In this document: in pieces, positions 19,739 to 28,774 of the stretch
Layout of the letters: every line of letters starts with the position of its first letter
Position numbering within the stretch: position 1 is the first letter of the stretch
Assembly (NCBI GenBank): GCA_963740315.1
Contig: CAVUDP010000002.1
Span: forward strand, 1,984,001-2,048,000
Length of the DNA stretch: 64,000 bases
Source: an uncultured cyanobacterium
Lineage (GTDB): Bacteria; Cyanobacteriota; Cyanobacteriia; Cyanobacteriales; Nostocaceae
Reading direction: 5' to 3'
Notes under the pieces: generated by a model
What the model saw: the letters and a program-made list of their open reading frames with translations, nothing else
Database searches by the model: none
What the model was told of the DNA's origin: nothing
Translations under genes and position numbers: made by a program

Positions 19739-19866
19739 AGTAGGTTGGCGTTGAAAATTGCAATGCCGGATAAGGGAGTAGGGAGTAGGCAATAGGGAGT
19801 AGGAGTAAGGCTTTTAGGCTAAATTACATTTTGTTATATAGTTCGGTTTATTCGTGCCAACTTACT
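19739..19866. mobile_element. TA-flanked MITE with AGTAGGTTGGC/GCCAACTTACT terminal inverted repeats and internal STRR
   Basis: TA at 19737-19738 and 19867-19868; ~12 bp imperfect TIR. Confidence 0.65.
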
Positions 19867-20024
19867 TAACATCACCAGAGATGCGGTTTACCAATTGTGG
19901 ATTTTCTAATAGTTACGCTCTTATTATTTGTTTGCGTAGCGTTCCTCTATACTTTATTTTGTTTTGAACAATTTTGAACAATATAGATTAATTGTCCGTT
20001 GATAATTGATAACTGATAACTGTC

Positions 20025-20339
20025 CTACTCTTCATCTTCCGCTTCTAAAACTATCATTAAACGGTTTAGAGTTTGCGTCAGTAGAGTAAGTCTTTGCATG
20101 GAATTGTCTTGGCTTTCTGCAAGAGTTTGCACTGCGTCGCACAATGCCAATATTTGATACCCTTGCTGCTGTACCTGCTTTCCTTGCTCTTCTACTTGTA
20201 CGCTTAAATTATCTACTCTGTCAGAAAGACGTTCTATTGTCTCAGTGGTAGCCAGTACAGCTTCGCCTATTTGCTCCACTATCGACTCTAAACGTCCTAC
20301 TTTTACTTTGTCTGCTCCAGTTGCAACCATTTTTAGCAC
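20025..20339 (-). CDS. Small coiled-coil hypothetical protein
   Basis: ORF 104 aa with heptad pattern; ATG at 20330 is a likely start. Confidence 0.7.
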   Translation of the reverse strand: MLKMVATGADKVKVGRLESIVEQIGEAVLATTETIERLSDRVDNLSVQVEEQGKQVQQQGYQILALCDAVQTLAESQDNSMQRLTLLTQTLNRLMIVLEAEDEE

Positions 20340-20981
20340 CTTAAGAAAGAGATAGCACCACTGTGGAACTGAATATCATCCCTAAACCACAATGAAAACA
20401 TGATGTAGTACTTTTGTAAGTAATACTTAGAAGGGATGCTATTAATCATGTTTCCCAAAAATTGGATGAAATACACATCAAGGGAGTTGACAAAGGAAAA
20501 TTAACTCCCTTTAATGAGCGGTCAATGTATTCAAAGATTCATCCAAATCCTTTAACCCTTTTGTTTGAGGCATTGTATCACCTCATACTTATAAATAAAC
20601 TTTTGAGCCCATTAATTTTCTTTTACTGTAGTTTATAAGCCTTACCATACAACCAAATTATTCATCAAATCAATAATTAAAAGTATGAGTTTTACTTGCT
20701 ACTTATTATCGATTCTATAGGTCAAACCAGCATTAAGGCTTACGCACTCGGTTGGTAGCAAATTCTAACATATTTGCGTTATCCGTCAATGTATCAAATG
20801 GCTTTTCATCTATCTAAAGTAATATTTTTTATTCTTTACCTAAAGTTTATATATGATAGCGATCCCCGCGATATCGATGAAGTTTCAGTAAATATACGGT
20901 AGCGGATGATTTTTTTGATAAAGCTAAGTCTATATTCAAACTAGAATTACGTAGGAATACGTTTCTCGCTCAAAACTTAGC

Positions 20982-21662
20982 TTGACGATGTTCCAATTAC
21001 CCATGACAAGTTTTGTTAAAGGTGCAGATAACACTTGGGCTTCCCAAATTACACCTCATCCCTCAGTCAATTCTAGATTTAAACGCTTTCTAGATATTTT
21101 GGGAAGTATAGTAGGTTTATTTATTTTAGCGATCGCGTTTTTACCGATCGCGATCGCGATTAGAATCGACAGCCCCGGCTCCATTTTCTTTATGCAAGAA
21201 AGACACGGACTTTACGGACGTACTTTCCGAATTCGTAAATTCCGTTCAATGGTAACGGATGCAGAACAATTAAAATCGAAAGTAAAAAATGAAGCTAACG
21301 GACACTTCTTTAAAAGTCAAAATGATTTTCGAGTTACAAAGGTAGGACGTTTTTTAAGAAGCACAAGTTTAGACGAACTACCTCAATTTTGGAACGTTTT
21401 CTTGGGTGAAATGAGTTTAGTAGGAACTCGTCCCCCGACTGCTGACGAAGTAAGCCATTACTCCGAGCATCACTGGCAACGTTTGCACGTCAAACCTGGT
21501 TTAACAGGCGAATGGCAAGTAAACGGACGTTCTCAAATTAAAGATTTCGAGCAAGTATTCGAGCTAGACTTGCAATACCAAACCAAATGGCATCAATTCT
21601 ATGACTTATCGTTGATTATTAAAACTATTCATGTAATTTTTGCTCGTATAGGAGCGTTTTAA
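20982..21662 (+). CDS. Bacterial sugar transferase (priming phosphoglycosyltransferase family)
   Basis: KRFLDI, KFRSM, SLDELPQFWNV, GEMSLVGTRP, KPGLTG. Confidence 0.92.
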   Translation: MTMFQLPMTSFVKGADNTWASQITPHPSVNSRFKRFLDILGSIVGLFILAIAFLPIAIAIRIDSPGSIFFMQERHGLYGRTFRIRKFRSMVTDAEQLKSKVKNEANGHFFKSQNDFRVTKVGRFLRSTSLDELPQFWNVFLGEMSLVGTRPPTADEVSHYSEHHWQRLHVKPGLTGEWQVNGRSQIKDFEQVFELDLQYQTKWHQFYDLSLIIKTIHVIFARIGAF

Positions 21663-21839
21663 ATCAGTGAGCAGTGAGCAGTTATCAGTTATCAGTTATC
21701 AGTTATCAGTTATCAGTATGATGAAATATTTAGTATGAGAGCTAAACCTCTGACTACGAACTTGATTACTCCTCATAATTGATGTAGTCAAATACTAGTC
21801 ACTGTTCACTGTTCACTGTTCACTGCTCACTGCTCACTG

Positions 21840-23609
21840 TTAATGCAATAATTCTTCCACCTGATGCTGACTCCATAAAGTTTTGTAAAGTCCGGGTTGT
21901 TGTAAAAGTTCTATTTGATTGCCAGTTTGAACGATTTTGCCTTTTTCCATCACCAAAATGCGATCGGCAGCAGCAGCAGCAGATAATTGATGGGTGATGA
22001 AAACAATTGTTTTACGTTTGGTGCCGCTAGAAAGATTCTTTAGAATTTGTGTAGCTGTTTGATTATCAACGCTGGAAAGCGAATCATCTAAAATTAGTAC
22101 CGGAGCATCAACCAACATTGCTCTAGCTAAAGCAGTACGCTGTCTTTGACCGCCAGAAAGCGTAATTCCGCGTTCGCCGACAAGAGTATCGTATTGTTGC
22201 GGAAAATTAGTTATTTCCGAGCGAATTTGCGATAATTGTGCGGCTGTTTCCACTTCTTGCTGTTCCGCTAAAGGATCGCCATAACGGATATTATTTTGAA
22301 TGCTAGTACTAAATAGAAAGCTGTCTTGAGGAACATAGGCTATTACATCTCGCAAGTCTGTCAAAGCGATTTTAGTAATATCTACTCCATCTAAAAATAA
22401 TTCTCCCTCATCAATATCTAATAAACGCGGTAAACAATTGGCTAAAGTCGATTTACCCGAACCGATCGCGCCTACAATTGCGATTGTTTCTCCTGGGGAA
22501 ATATTAAAATTAACATTATTTAATGCGGGAGTATCCGCACCAGGATAGGTAAATGTTAAGTTTTTAGCGGTTAATTCTCCTTTAATTGTCTCTCGCGATA
22601 TTTGAATTGCATCGCTGTCATCTTTTATTTTAGGTTCGACATTGAAAATTGCTTCAACGCGATCGACGCTAACTTCACCGCGCTGATATTGAGTAATCGT
22701 AAATCCTAACAAAGCGGTAGGAAATACCAAAGCTTCAACATACAGCAATAACTCAATAAAATTCCCTACATCAAGATCGGAACCGATTCTACCCGCTCCT
22801 ATCCAGATAATTAGAAACAAGCTGATGTTAGACAATCCCGTAATCAAGGGAAACAAAGTATTTCGAGTTCTTGCCAGTTTTAAATTAGCTTGTAACAGCT
22901 TTTCATTTTGTTTACTAAAAGCGCGACGTTCGTTTTCTTCTTGAGCGTAAATTTTTATTAAGGAAATACCGCTAATATCTTCTTGAATCAGGTTACTGGC
23001 ATCTGATAAATTCTCCTGTAGTAACATTTGCTGATTGCGGAGACGTTCGCTAAATAGCATTACTACAAATAACATGATTGGATATACCGATAATGCTGCG
23101 ATCGTTAGCTGCACATCAATAGCAAGCATTACAGGTAATGTCAGTGCATAAGCAAAGATAGTATTGGCAAAGCTCAACACTACAAAACCTAGCAACCGTC
23201 GGATATTATCAACATCACTCGTAGCGCGACTAATTAAATCTCCAGCTTTATTAGTAGCGAAATAAGAAGGCTCCAGCTTCAGCAAATGTTCAAAAATCTG
23301 TTGCTTAAGGTCAAATTCTACCTGTCTTCCCACACCAAATATCCAGATGCGAGAAGCCATCCTGATCAGCCACATTGAAGAACTGAGTAAGAAAATAAGT
23401 ATTGCGTAGCGTATTACTTGTCCGTAGTCAAAATTCACCGGAAGTGCAATATCAACACTTTCAAGTGCATTAACGCAATTACCAATTAATTTGATCGTGT
23501 AAATCTTTAACCCATTGACAACTAGTAAAGAGATAATGCCTAAAGTCGTGTCCCGCCAATGAGGGCGTATATAGGCAACAAGTTTGGCAAACCGTCGTGA
23601 TTTTGACAT
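21840..23609 (-). CDS. ABC exporter, fused permease/ATP-binding (MdlA-like)
   Basis: TM domain plus GAIGSGKST, LSGGQRQR, LILDD. Confidence 0.93.
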   Translation of the reverse strand: MSKSRRFAKLVAYIRPHWRDTTLGIISLLVVNGLKIYTIKLIGNCVNALESVDIALPVNFDYGQVIRYAILIFLLSSSMWLIRMASRIWIFGVGRQVEFDLKQQIFEHLLKLEPSYFATNKAGDLISRATSDVDNIRRLLGFVVLSFANTIFAYALTLPVMLAIDVQLTIAALSVYPIMLFVVMLFSERLRNQQMLLQENLSDASNLIQEDISGISLIKIYAQEENERRAFSKQNEKLLQANLKLARTRNTLFPLITGLSNISLFLIIWIGAGRIGSDLDVGNFIELLLYVEALVFPTALLGFTITQYQRGEVSVDRVEAIFNVEPKIKDDSDAIQISRETIKGELTAKNLTFTYPGADTPALNNVNFNISPGETIAIVGAIGSGKSTLANCLPRLLDIDEGELFLDGVDITKIALTDLRDVIAYVPQDSFLFSTSIQNNIRYGDPLAEQQEVETAAQLSQIRSEITNFPQQYDTLVGERGITLSGGQRQRTALARAMLVDAPVLILDDSLSSVDNQTATQILKNLSSGTKRKTIVFITHQLSAAAAADRILVMEKGKIVQTGNQIELLQQPGLYKTLWSQHQVEELLH

Positions 23610-23806
23610 TCGAGCAATTAGTTACGAATTATTAATTATCAGTTATCAACGAACAATTATCAATGAACAATTTTCATTTATTTACCTATTTGAGGGAATA
23701 GGAGCATAATGATGGTTCAAGAATATTTGTTATTAATAATTGATAACAAACAAAAACTAGGGCACCGCACTTAGCAGACCCTAGTATATTGAGTTACCAT
23801 TAAATC

Positions 23807-24490
23807 CTATCGAGGACGTAGGAAAGAGTTGACTTGATTCAAGTAACTTTCCCAAACTTCGGTGGTTAATTCCAAAGTGTCTGCACTCGGTACAAAATCT
23901 TCTAATTGTAAACCGCGACGACGAATAGTTTGAGGTCTTTGCAAAAGGTAAGGCGGAATATTTATACTGCTAGATAATGCTATTGTAGTCCGATCAGTAT
24001 TTACTTGAGGAATAATACTATCGCTAACTACATCTGACATATTTGCTACATTTGTTTCGAGGGCAAATGCGACAAGGGTTGCAGATTTCGGTTGAATCAA
24101 AGCTACACCAGGATAAGCTGCTTGAGCAACAGGTGATTGAACCAAGAAATAGGCAACCGCTGGTGTACTTGCTAATAATAAAATCGTCAGTGCCCAGCCG
24201 ATTAAATATCCTCCCGGTTTGTCTATTGCTCCACCTTTTATTCTCTGAGCGGCAAAAGTCATCAACAAAATTGATGCTCCCAAAGGTTTGAGAGGAAAGG
24301 ATACTACTCTCCACAAAGAAGCAACAGCAGGTTCGCTGGGATTAACAAAGGACAATAGCAAGATAATCAGAAAAATTACTACAACAAATCGCCCTACGAA
24401 GTTTCCCGTGGGGTAGAATTTCTGAAACAGGCTAAATACAATAGTACCTATAAGTAGCCATAGAAGTACTCGGCTTAACAATTCAAACAT
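23807..24490 (-). CDS. Hypothetical membrane protein (N-terminus resembles the membrane part of cyanobacterial YdcF/DUF218 proteins)
   Basis: ORF 227 aa, about four TM helices, SFPLKPLG motif. Confidence 0.65.
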   Translation of the reverse strand: MFELLSRVLLWLLIGTIVFSLFQKFYPTGNFVGRFVVVIFLIILLLSFVNPSEPAVASLWRVVSFPLKPLGASILLMTFAAQRIKGGAIDKPGGYLIGWALTILLLASTPAVAYFLVQSPVAQAAYPGVALIQPKSATLVAFALETNVANMSDVVSDSIIPQVNTDRTTIALSSSINIPPYLLQRPQTIRRRGLQLEDFVPSADTLELTTEVWESYLNQVNSFLRPR

Positions 24491-24744
24491 AAATTTACTC
24501 TCAAATGTTTCTGTACGGTCAATCCTATATGGCTCCGGGCAGTTGATTTATTCTACTGTCAAATGGTAGTACCACCATTGTTTGACTTCAAATACCTCAC
24601 GCCCTACATACCATAACTACCTTCGTAGTGATTTTAGTGCAATTTTTATCAACAATGTTGAGTATTTGTAGTCTGGAAGATAAGTAATCTCGCTGGCATT
24701 AAATTAAATTTATGATGTAGTTGTCAAATTCATGCATAAAATCT

Positions 24745-25743
24745 ATGTCTTCCGAACATACTATCTTAGTCACCGGAGGAGCCGGGTATATTGGCTCGCA
24801 CACCGTATTAGCTTTAAAACAAGCGGGTTATGAAGTTTTAATACTTGATAATTTAGTTTACGGACACCGTGACTTAGTAGAACAAGTCCTCAAAGTCGAA
24901 CTTATCGAAGGAGATACAAGCGATCGCGATTTATTAGACAATTTATTTAAATCGCGAGATATTGCAGCAGTAATGCATTTTTCTGCTTATGCTTATGTCG
25001 GAGAATCAGTTTCTAACCCCGCTAAATATTACCGTAATAATGTAATCGGTACAATAACCCTGTTAGAGGCAATGCTAGCTGCATCCGTTAAGAAATTTGT
25101 ATTTTCTTCAACTTGTGCAACATACGGAGTACCTGAAGTAGTGCCGATACCGGAAGATCATCCCCAAAATCCGATCAATCCTTACGGTGCTACCAAATTA
25201 ATGGTAGAGCGCATACTTTCTGATTTTAACGAAGCATATGACTTTAAATCAGTACGTTTTCGATACTTTAATGCAGCAGGTGCAGACCCCGAAGGTAAAT
25301 TAGGAGAAGACCATAACCCCGAAACCCATTTAATTCCCTTGGTATTACAAACAGCTTTAGGGAAACGCGATTCAATCTCAATTTTCGGTACCGATTACCC
25401 CACAGAAGACGGTACTTGCGTTCGCGACTACATCCACGTTAGCGACTTAGCCGATGCTCACGTATTAGGCTTAGAATATTTACTCAAAGGTGGCGACAGC
25501 AGCTTTTTCAACTTAGGAAACGGAAGCGGTTTTTCCGTCAAAGAAGTAATAGAAGCCGCAAAACTTGTTACCGGCAAAGATATTAAAGCAATAGAATGCG
25601 ATCGCCGTCCAGGAGATCCCCCAGCCCTGATAGGTAGCGCCGAAAAAGCCCGCCAAATTCTAGGTTGGCAACCCCAATACACTAACCTCAAAGATATCAT
25701 GACTCATGCTTGGGAATGGCATCAGAAGCGACACGGAAGTTAG
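24745..25743 (+). CDS. galE: UDP-glucose 4-epimerase
   Basis: GGAGYIGSH, FSSTCATYG, YGATK, RYFNAAGAD, RDYIHV. Confidence 0.95.
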   Translation: MSSEHTILVTGGAGYIGSHTVLALKQAGYEVLILDNLVYGHRDLVEQVLKVELIEGDTSDRDLLDNLFKSRDIAAVMHFSAYAYVGESVSNPAKYYRNNVIGTITLLEAMLAASVKKFVFSSTCATYGVPEVVPIPEDHPQNPINPYGATKLMVERILSDFNEAYDFKSVRFRYFNAAGADPEGKLGEDHNPETHLIPLVLQTALGKRDSISIFGTDYPTEDGTCVRDYIHVSDLADAHVLGLEYLLKGGDSSFFNLGNGSGFSVKEVIEAAKLVTGKDIKAIECDRRPGDPPALIGSAEKARQILGWQPQYTNLKDIMTHAWEWHQKRHGS

Positions 25744-26103
25744 GAGAGGGGGAGAGGGGGAGATGGGGAGAGGGGGAGAGGGGGAGATGGGGAGATGGGG
25801 AGAGGGGGAGATGGGGAGATGGGGAGAGGGGGAGATGGGGAGATGGGGAGAGGGGGAGATGGGGAGAGGGGGAGATGGGGAGATGGGGAGATGGGGAGAT
25901 GGGGAGATGGGGAGATGGGGAGATGGGGAGATGGTGAATCCACTCTCGTGCGGAGGAACACGACCGTTGAGAGAAGTGGTGAACCCGTTACTCTAACGAG
26001 TCGTGCCGCGCTGAACACGCGGAGCGTGCGGCGAGCGGGGGAGATGGGGAGATAAGGGGACAAGGGGAAGGAGTTATTACACCTTTGACCTTTAACCTTT
26101 GAC
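25744..26103. repeat. Long STRR tract (GGGGAGAT/GGGGAGAG) with an embedded GC-rich dispersed repeat (25935-26040)
   Basis: More than 20 tandem 8-mers; embedded CACGCGGAGCGTGCGG shared with MITEs at 3855 and 5115 and with 49435. Confidence 0.9.
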
Positions 26104-26673
26104 CTAACTCCTAACTCTTCTGGTTACGGCGAAAATTCCACCTACAATTACCAAAACTCCTAAACCTATAGCCCAAATTGGTAAGGGAAAAGATGGTTGT
26201 TCGGTTTGAGTTGTATTGACATTTTGCACTTGTTGTGATGATGTTTCTTGTTGAGTTGTAGCTTTTGAAGTTCCAGCGGCTACGGTAACATCAAAGTTTA
26301 ATTCAAACGGTTGGAAGTTCGCGCCATCTGCCGGTTTACCAGTAAGCTCTAATTGATAGGCTCCGGGTTTAGGAAATGTAATTTTCGCGGACGGTATGCC
26401 TTGATATCGTTCGGCTGATATGGGTTGTAAAGCTGGTTGAATCAGTGGCGCTGCTCCTGTTTTACGAGGTTCGCTGTATACGCTTAATTCACAATTGCAC
26501 TCTTTGAGAGGAATAACCTTACCTCCCTTGCGAGTTAAAGCAAACCAAGCTTGTGCAGCATCACCAGCGCGAGGATTATCGTTTGGTTCGATATGCAGAG
26601 TAGCACCGACATCTTCAGCAGCTTCTGTCTTATGGGCGGAAGCGGAAGGAATTAAGAATGATGAATCTTTCAT
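26104..26673 (-). CDS. Exported beta-sandwich protein with C-terminal membrane anchor
   Basis: SAH...TLHIEPNDNPRAG, ECNC, ITFPKPGAYQL, C-terminal TM plus basic tail. Confidence 0.75.
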   Translation of the reverse strand: MKDSSFLIPSASAHKTEAAEDVGATLHIEPNDNPRAGDAAQAWFALTRKGGKVIPLKECNCELSVYSEPRKTGAAPLIQPALQPISAERYQGIPSAKITFPKPGAYQLELTGKPADGANFQPFELNFDVTVAAGTSKATTQQETSSQQVQNVNTTQTEQPSFPLPIWAIGLGVLVIVGGIFAVTRRVRS

Positions 26674-26770
26674 AATTTGGGAGTTAGTTGTTAGTTGTTA
26701 GTTGTTAGTTGTTTGTAAATAAAAATTATCTCCCCCCTCTACCTCCTCTACCCCCTCTACCCCCTCTCCC

Positions 26771-27991
26771 CTAACGTGGTGAAACATAAAATCTCTGCAA
26801 GCGCAATGTTGACCAAAAAAGACGAGTTCTAATTAATAAAATGCCCAGAGTAATAATTCCTAAACCGATGGCGGCGACTTTGTTTGTCCAAGTTGATTGC
26901 AGGGAACCGAGGTAATGGGAGCCAATTATTAAGGCGTGAATTGCAGTTAATATCAAAGCTGGAATAGTTAATAAATGAATTTGTCGCCAGCGTTTGCCTA
27001 ATGCTTTTTGTAAGGAATCAAAGCTGGTTATAGCAGCAGGAGTCATCAACACCAACGCTACTGCACCGCAAGCCATAGCTAACTGAAATTCTGGTGGTAA
27101 AAAGAAAAAACTATTTAGCTTCCACGATAATGAATGTTCCATCATGTGGGCAGTGTGTGCCAAAGAAACGACGAAAGCACCAACTCCCAAACCACGACGA
27201 TAACGCATCGGTGCCGCCCATAAACCGCTGATGGGACGAGCAATAAGCGCGAGCATCAGCAATATTAAACCCGCGTGTCCGGTGTAGTCTACCATTGTAT
27301 CGCCAGTCCGCAGCAGGGTAATTACGCCGATTGTCAGAGTTACCCAGCCACCCAAACGAAACAACTGCGATCGCTTGTCTTTACTAATCAACGATGCAGA
27401 CACTCCTACACCCAACATCATCGGTAATGTTCCCAAGCCAAAAGCTAGCATTGTCGCCGCACCCATCCACATATTCCCCGTTTCGGCAGCTTTAATCTGA
27501 GCAGCATACAAAAAACCACAAGGCATTAAACCCCAAGTCATCCCCAAAAGCGCGGGTGCGTACCAACTGTTTTGCAATGACAGCTTGGACATTCCCGCAT
27601 TCAGGCGATCGTGTAAACCACCTCGTAATAACGGGTGTAAAAACGGAATTCTGGGTAAAAAATCTGGATTAATCTGTCTGAGTCCAAACAAAATCAACAT
27701 TAAACCAGTAATAATCGCTATCCACTGACGTAATTCGCTACCAACCCCTGCTAATTGTCCGCCTTCTACTAATATCGAACCTAGCGCCCCAATCGCAGCA
27801 CCAACTAAGCTATAACTAACCATTCGTCCCAAATTAAGCAAAAGGTGAAACTTGGATTGTTGCCACCAATTAGTGTTTTCACTTTTGGAAGACAAAGAAA
27901 ATGCTACAGTTAAAGGTCCGCACATTCCTACACAATGACCAAAACTGCCGAGAAATCCTAACGCTGCAATTAGCAAAAGGTCGAGTACCAT
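26771..27991 (-). CDS. TauE/SafE (DsbD_2-like) membrane protein fused to a ferric-reductase-like transmembrane domain
   Basis: GHCVGMCGP and LMPCG motifs; C-terminal RRGLGV...HTAH...WRQIH (MsrQ/ferric-reductase-like His ligands). Confidence 0.82.
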   Translation of the reverse strand: MVLDLLLIAALGFLGSFGHCVGMCGPLTVAFSLSSKSENTNWWQQSKFHLLLNLGRMVSYSLVGAAIGALGSILVEGGQLAGVGSELRQWIAIITGLMLILFGLRQINPDFLPRIPFLHPLLRGGLHDRLNAGMSKLSLQNSWYAPALLGMTWGLMPCGFLYAAQIKAAETGNMWMGAATMLAFGLGTLPMMLGVGVSASLISKDKRSQLFRLGGWVTLTIGVITLLRTGDTMVDYTGHAGLILLMLALIARPISGLWAAPMRYRRGLGVGAFVVSLAHTAHMMEHSLSWKLNSFFFLPPEFQLAMACGAVALVLMTPAAITSFDSLQKALGKRWRQIHLLTIPALILTAIHALIIGSHYLGSLQSTWTNKVAAIGLGIITLGILLIRTRLFWSTLRLQRFYVSPR

Positions 27992-28042
27992 TTTAGATTT
28001 TAAAAGAGTTTTTATTGAAAATAAATTTATATAAAATATCAA

Positions 28043-28099
28043 GGTTCGTAGTGAAAACTTTAGTTTTTGATTTGAGGATTAAAATCCTGACTACAAACC
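28043..28099. repeat. GTAG-type double-hairpin REP-like repeat
   Basis: GGTTCGTAGT...ACTACAAACC with two internal hairpins. Confidence 0.65.
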
Positions 28100-28107
28100 C
28101 ATTAAAA

Positions 28108-28584
28108 CTAATGTTTGTGTTGCTGTTGATTTTTTACTGCTTCTGACACTATGACAATTTCTGTATCTTCAATTAATTTACCCTTGCTAGTCCAATCAGC
28201 ATGATTGTTAGCATTCAAAGTGACTTTTACCTGATTTTCACCGGGTTCGAGATTTTCGAGATAATACCAAGAACTATACAGTCTGGTAATTTTTTTTCCG
28301 TTCACAAAAAGATGAGCGTGCCCCTCTCCGGGTTCTGGTGCTGCGTTAACTTTTTCGGGTGCAAATTCAAAGTTGACAACTTTCGCTTCTACATTCCATC
28401 CCTTTTTAGCGTCTTTATGCATTACTAAATCAACAGTTGGTACCGTTCCTTGAGGAACTTCTATTTTTCCATGTGTATGCTCGCCATGTCCGCTCATATC
28501 AGCCACAGTCATAGTCGCACCTTTTGCGATCGCAATTACGCAACCTAACGTAGCCGTAGCGACAAAAAAGTGTTGAGCTTTCAT
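28108..28584 (-). CDS. Secreted His-rich putative metal-binding protein
   Basis: Signal peptide, GHGEHTHG, EGHAHLFVNG, NANNH. Confidence 0.75.
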   Translation of the reverse strand: MKAQHFFVATATLGCVIAIAKGATMTVADMSGHGEHTHGKIEVPQGTVPTVDLVMHKDAKKGWNVEAKVVNFEFAPEKVNAAPEPGEGHAHLFVNGKKITRLYSSWYYLENLEPGENQVKVTLNANNHADWTSKGKLIEDTEIVIVSEAVKNQQQHKH

Positions 28585-28774
28585 AACAAAAATAACAAAA
28601 AAAATTACCCATCTAAATCCATCAATTTAGGTGTATTTAACAATCATGTCAAAAGACAGCTTGTCGTATTTGAGGCAGTAGGCAATTAAATTTAAATAAA
28701 AATGAAATAAAAACTAAATATTTGTAGAGAGCTTTCCGACTCCTACAAAAGATACTGAATAAGCAAGATAATTG

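Noticed and set aside
25706..26063. Four overlapping ORFs with repetitive GEMGRW / SPHLPI translations
   Set aside because: They are read-throughs of the 8-bp STRR tract, open in several frames only because the repeat lacks stops
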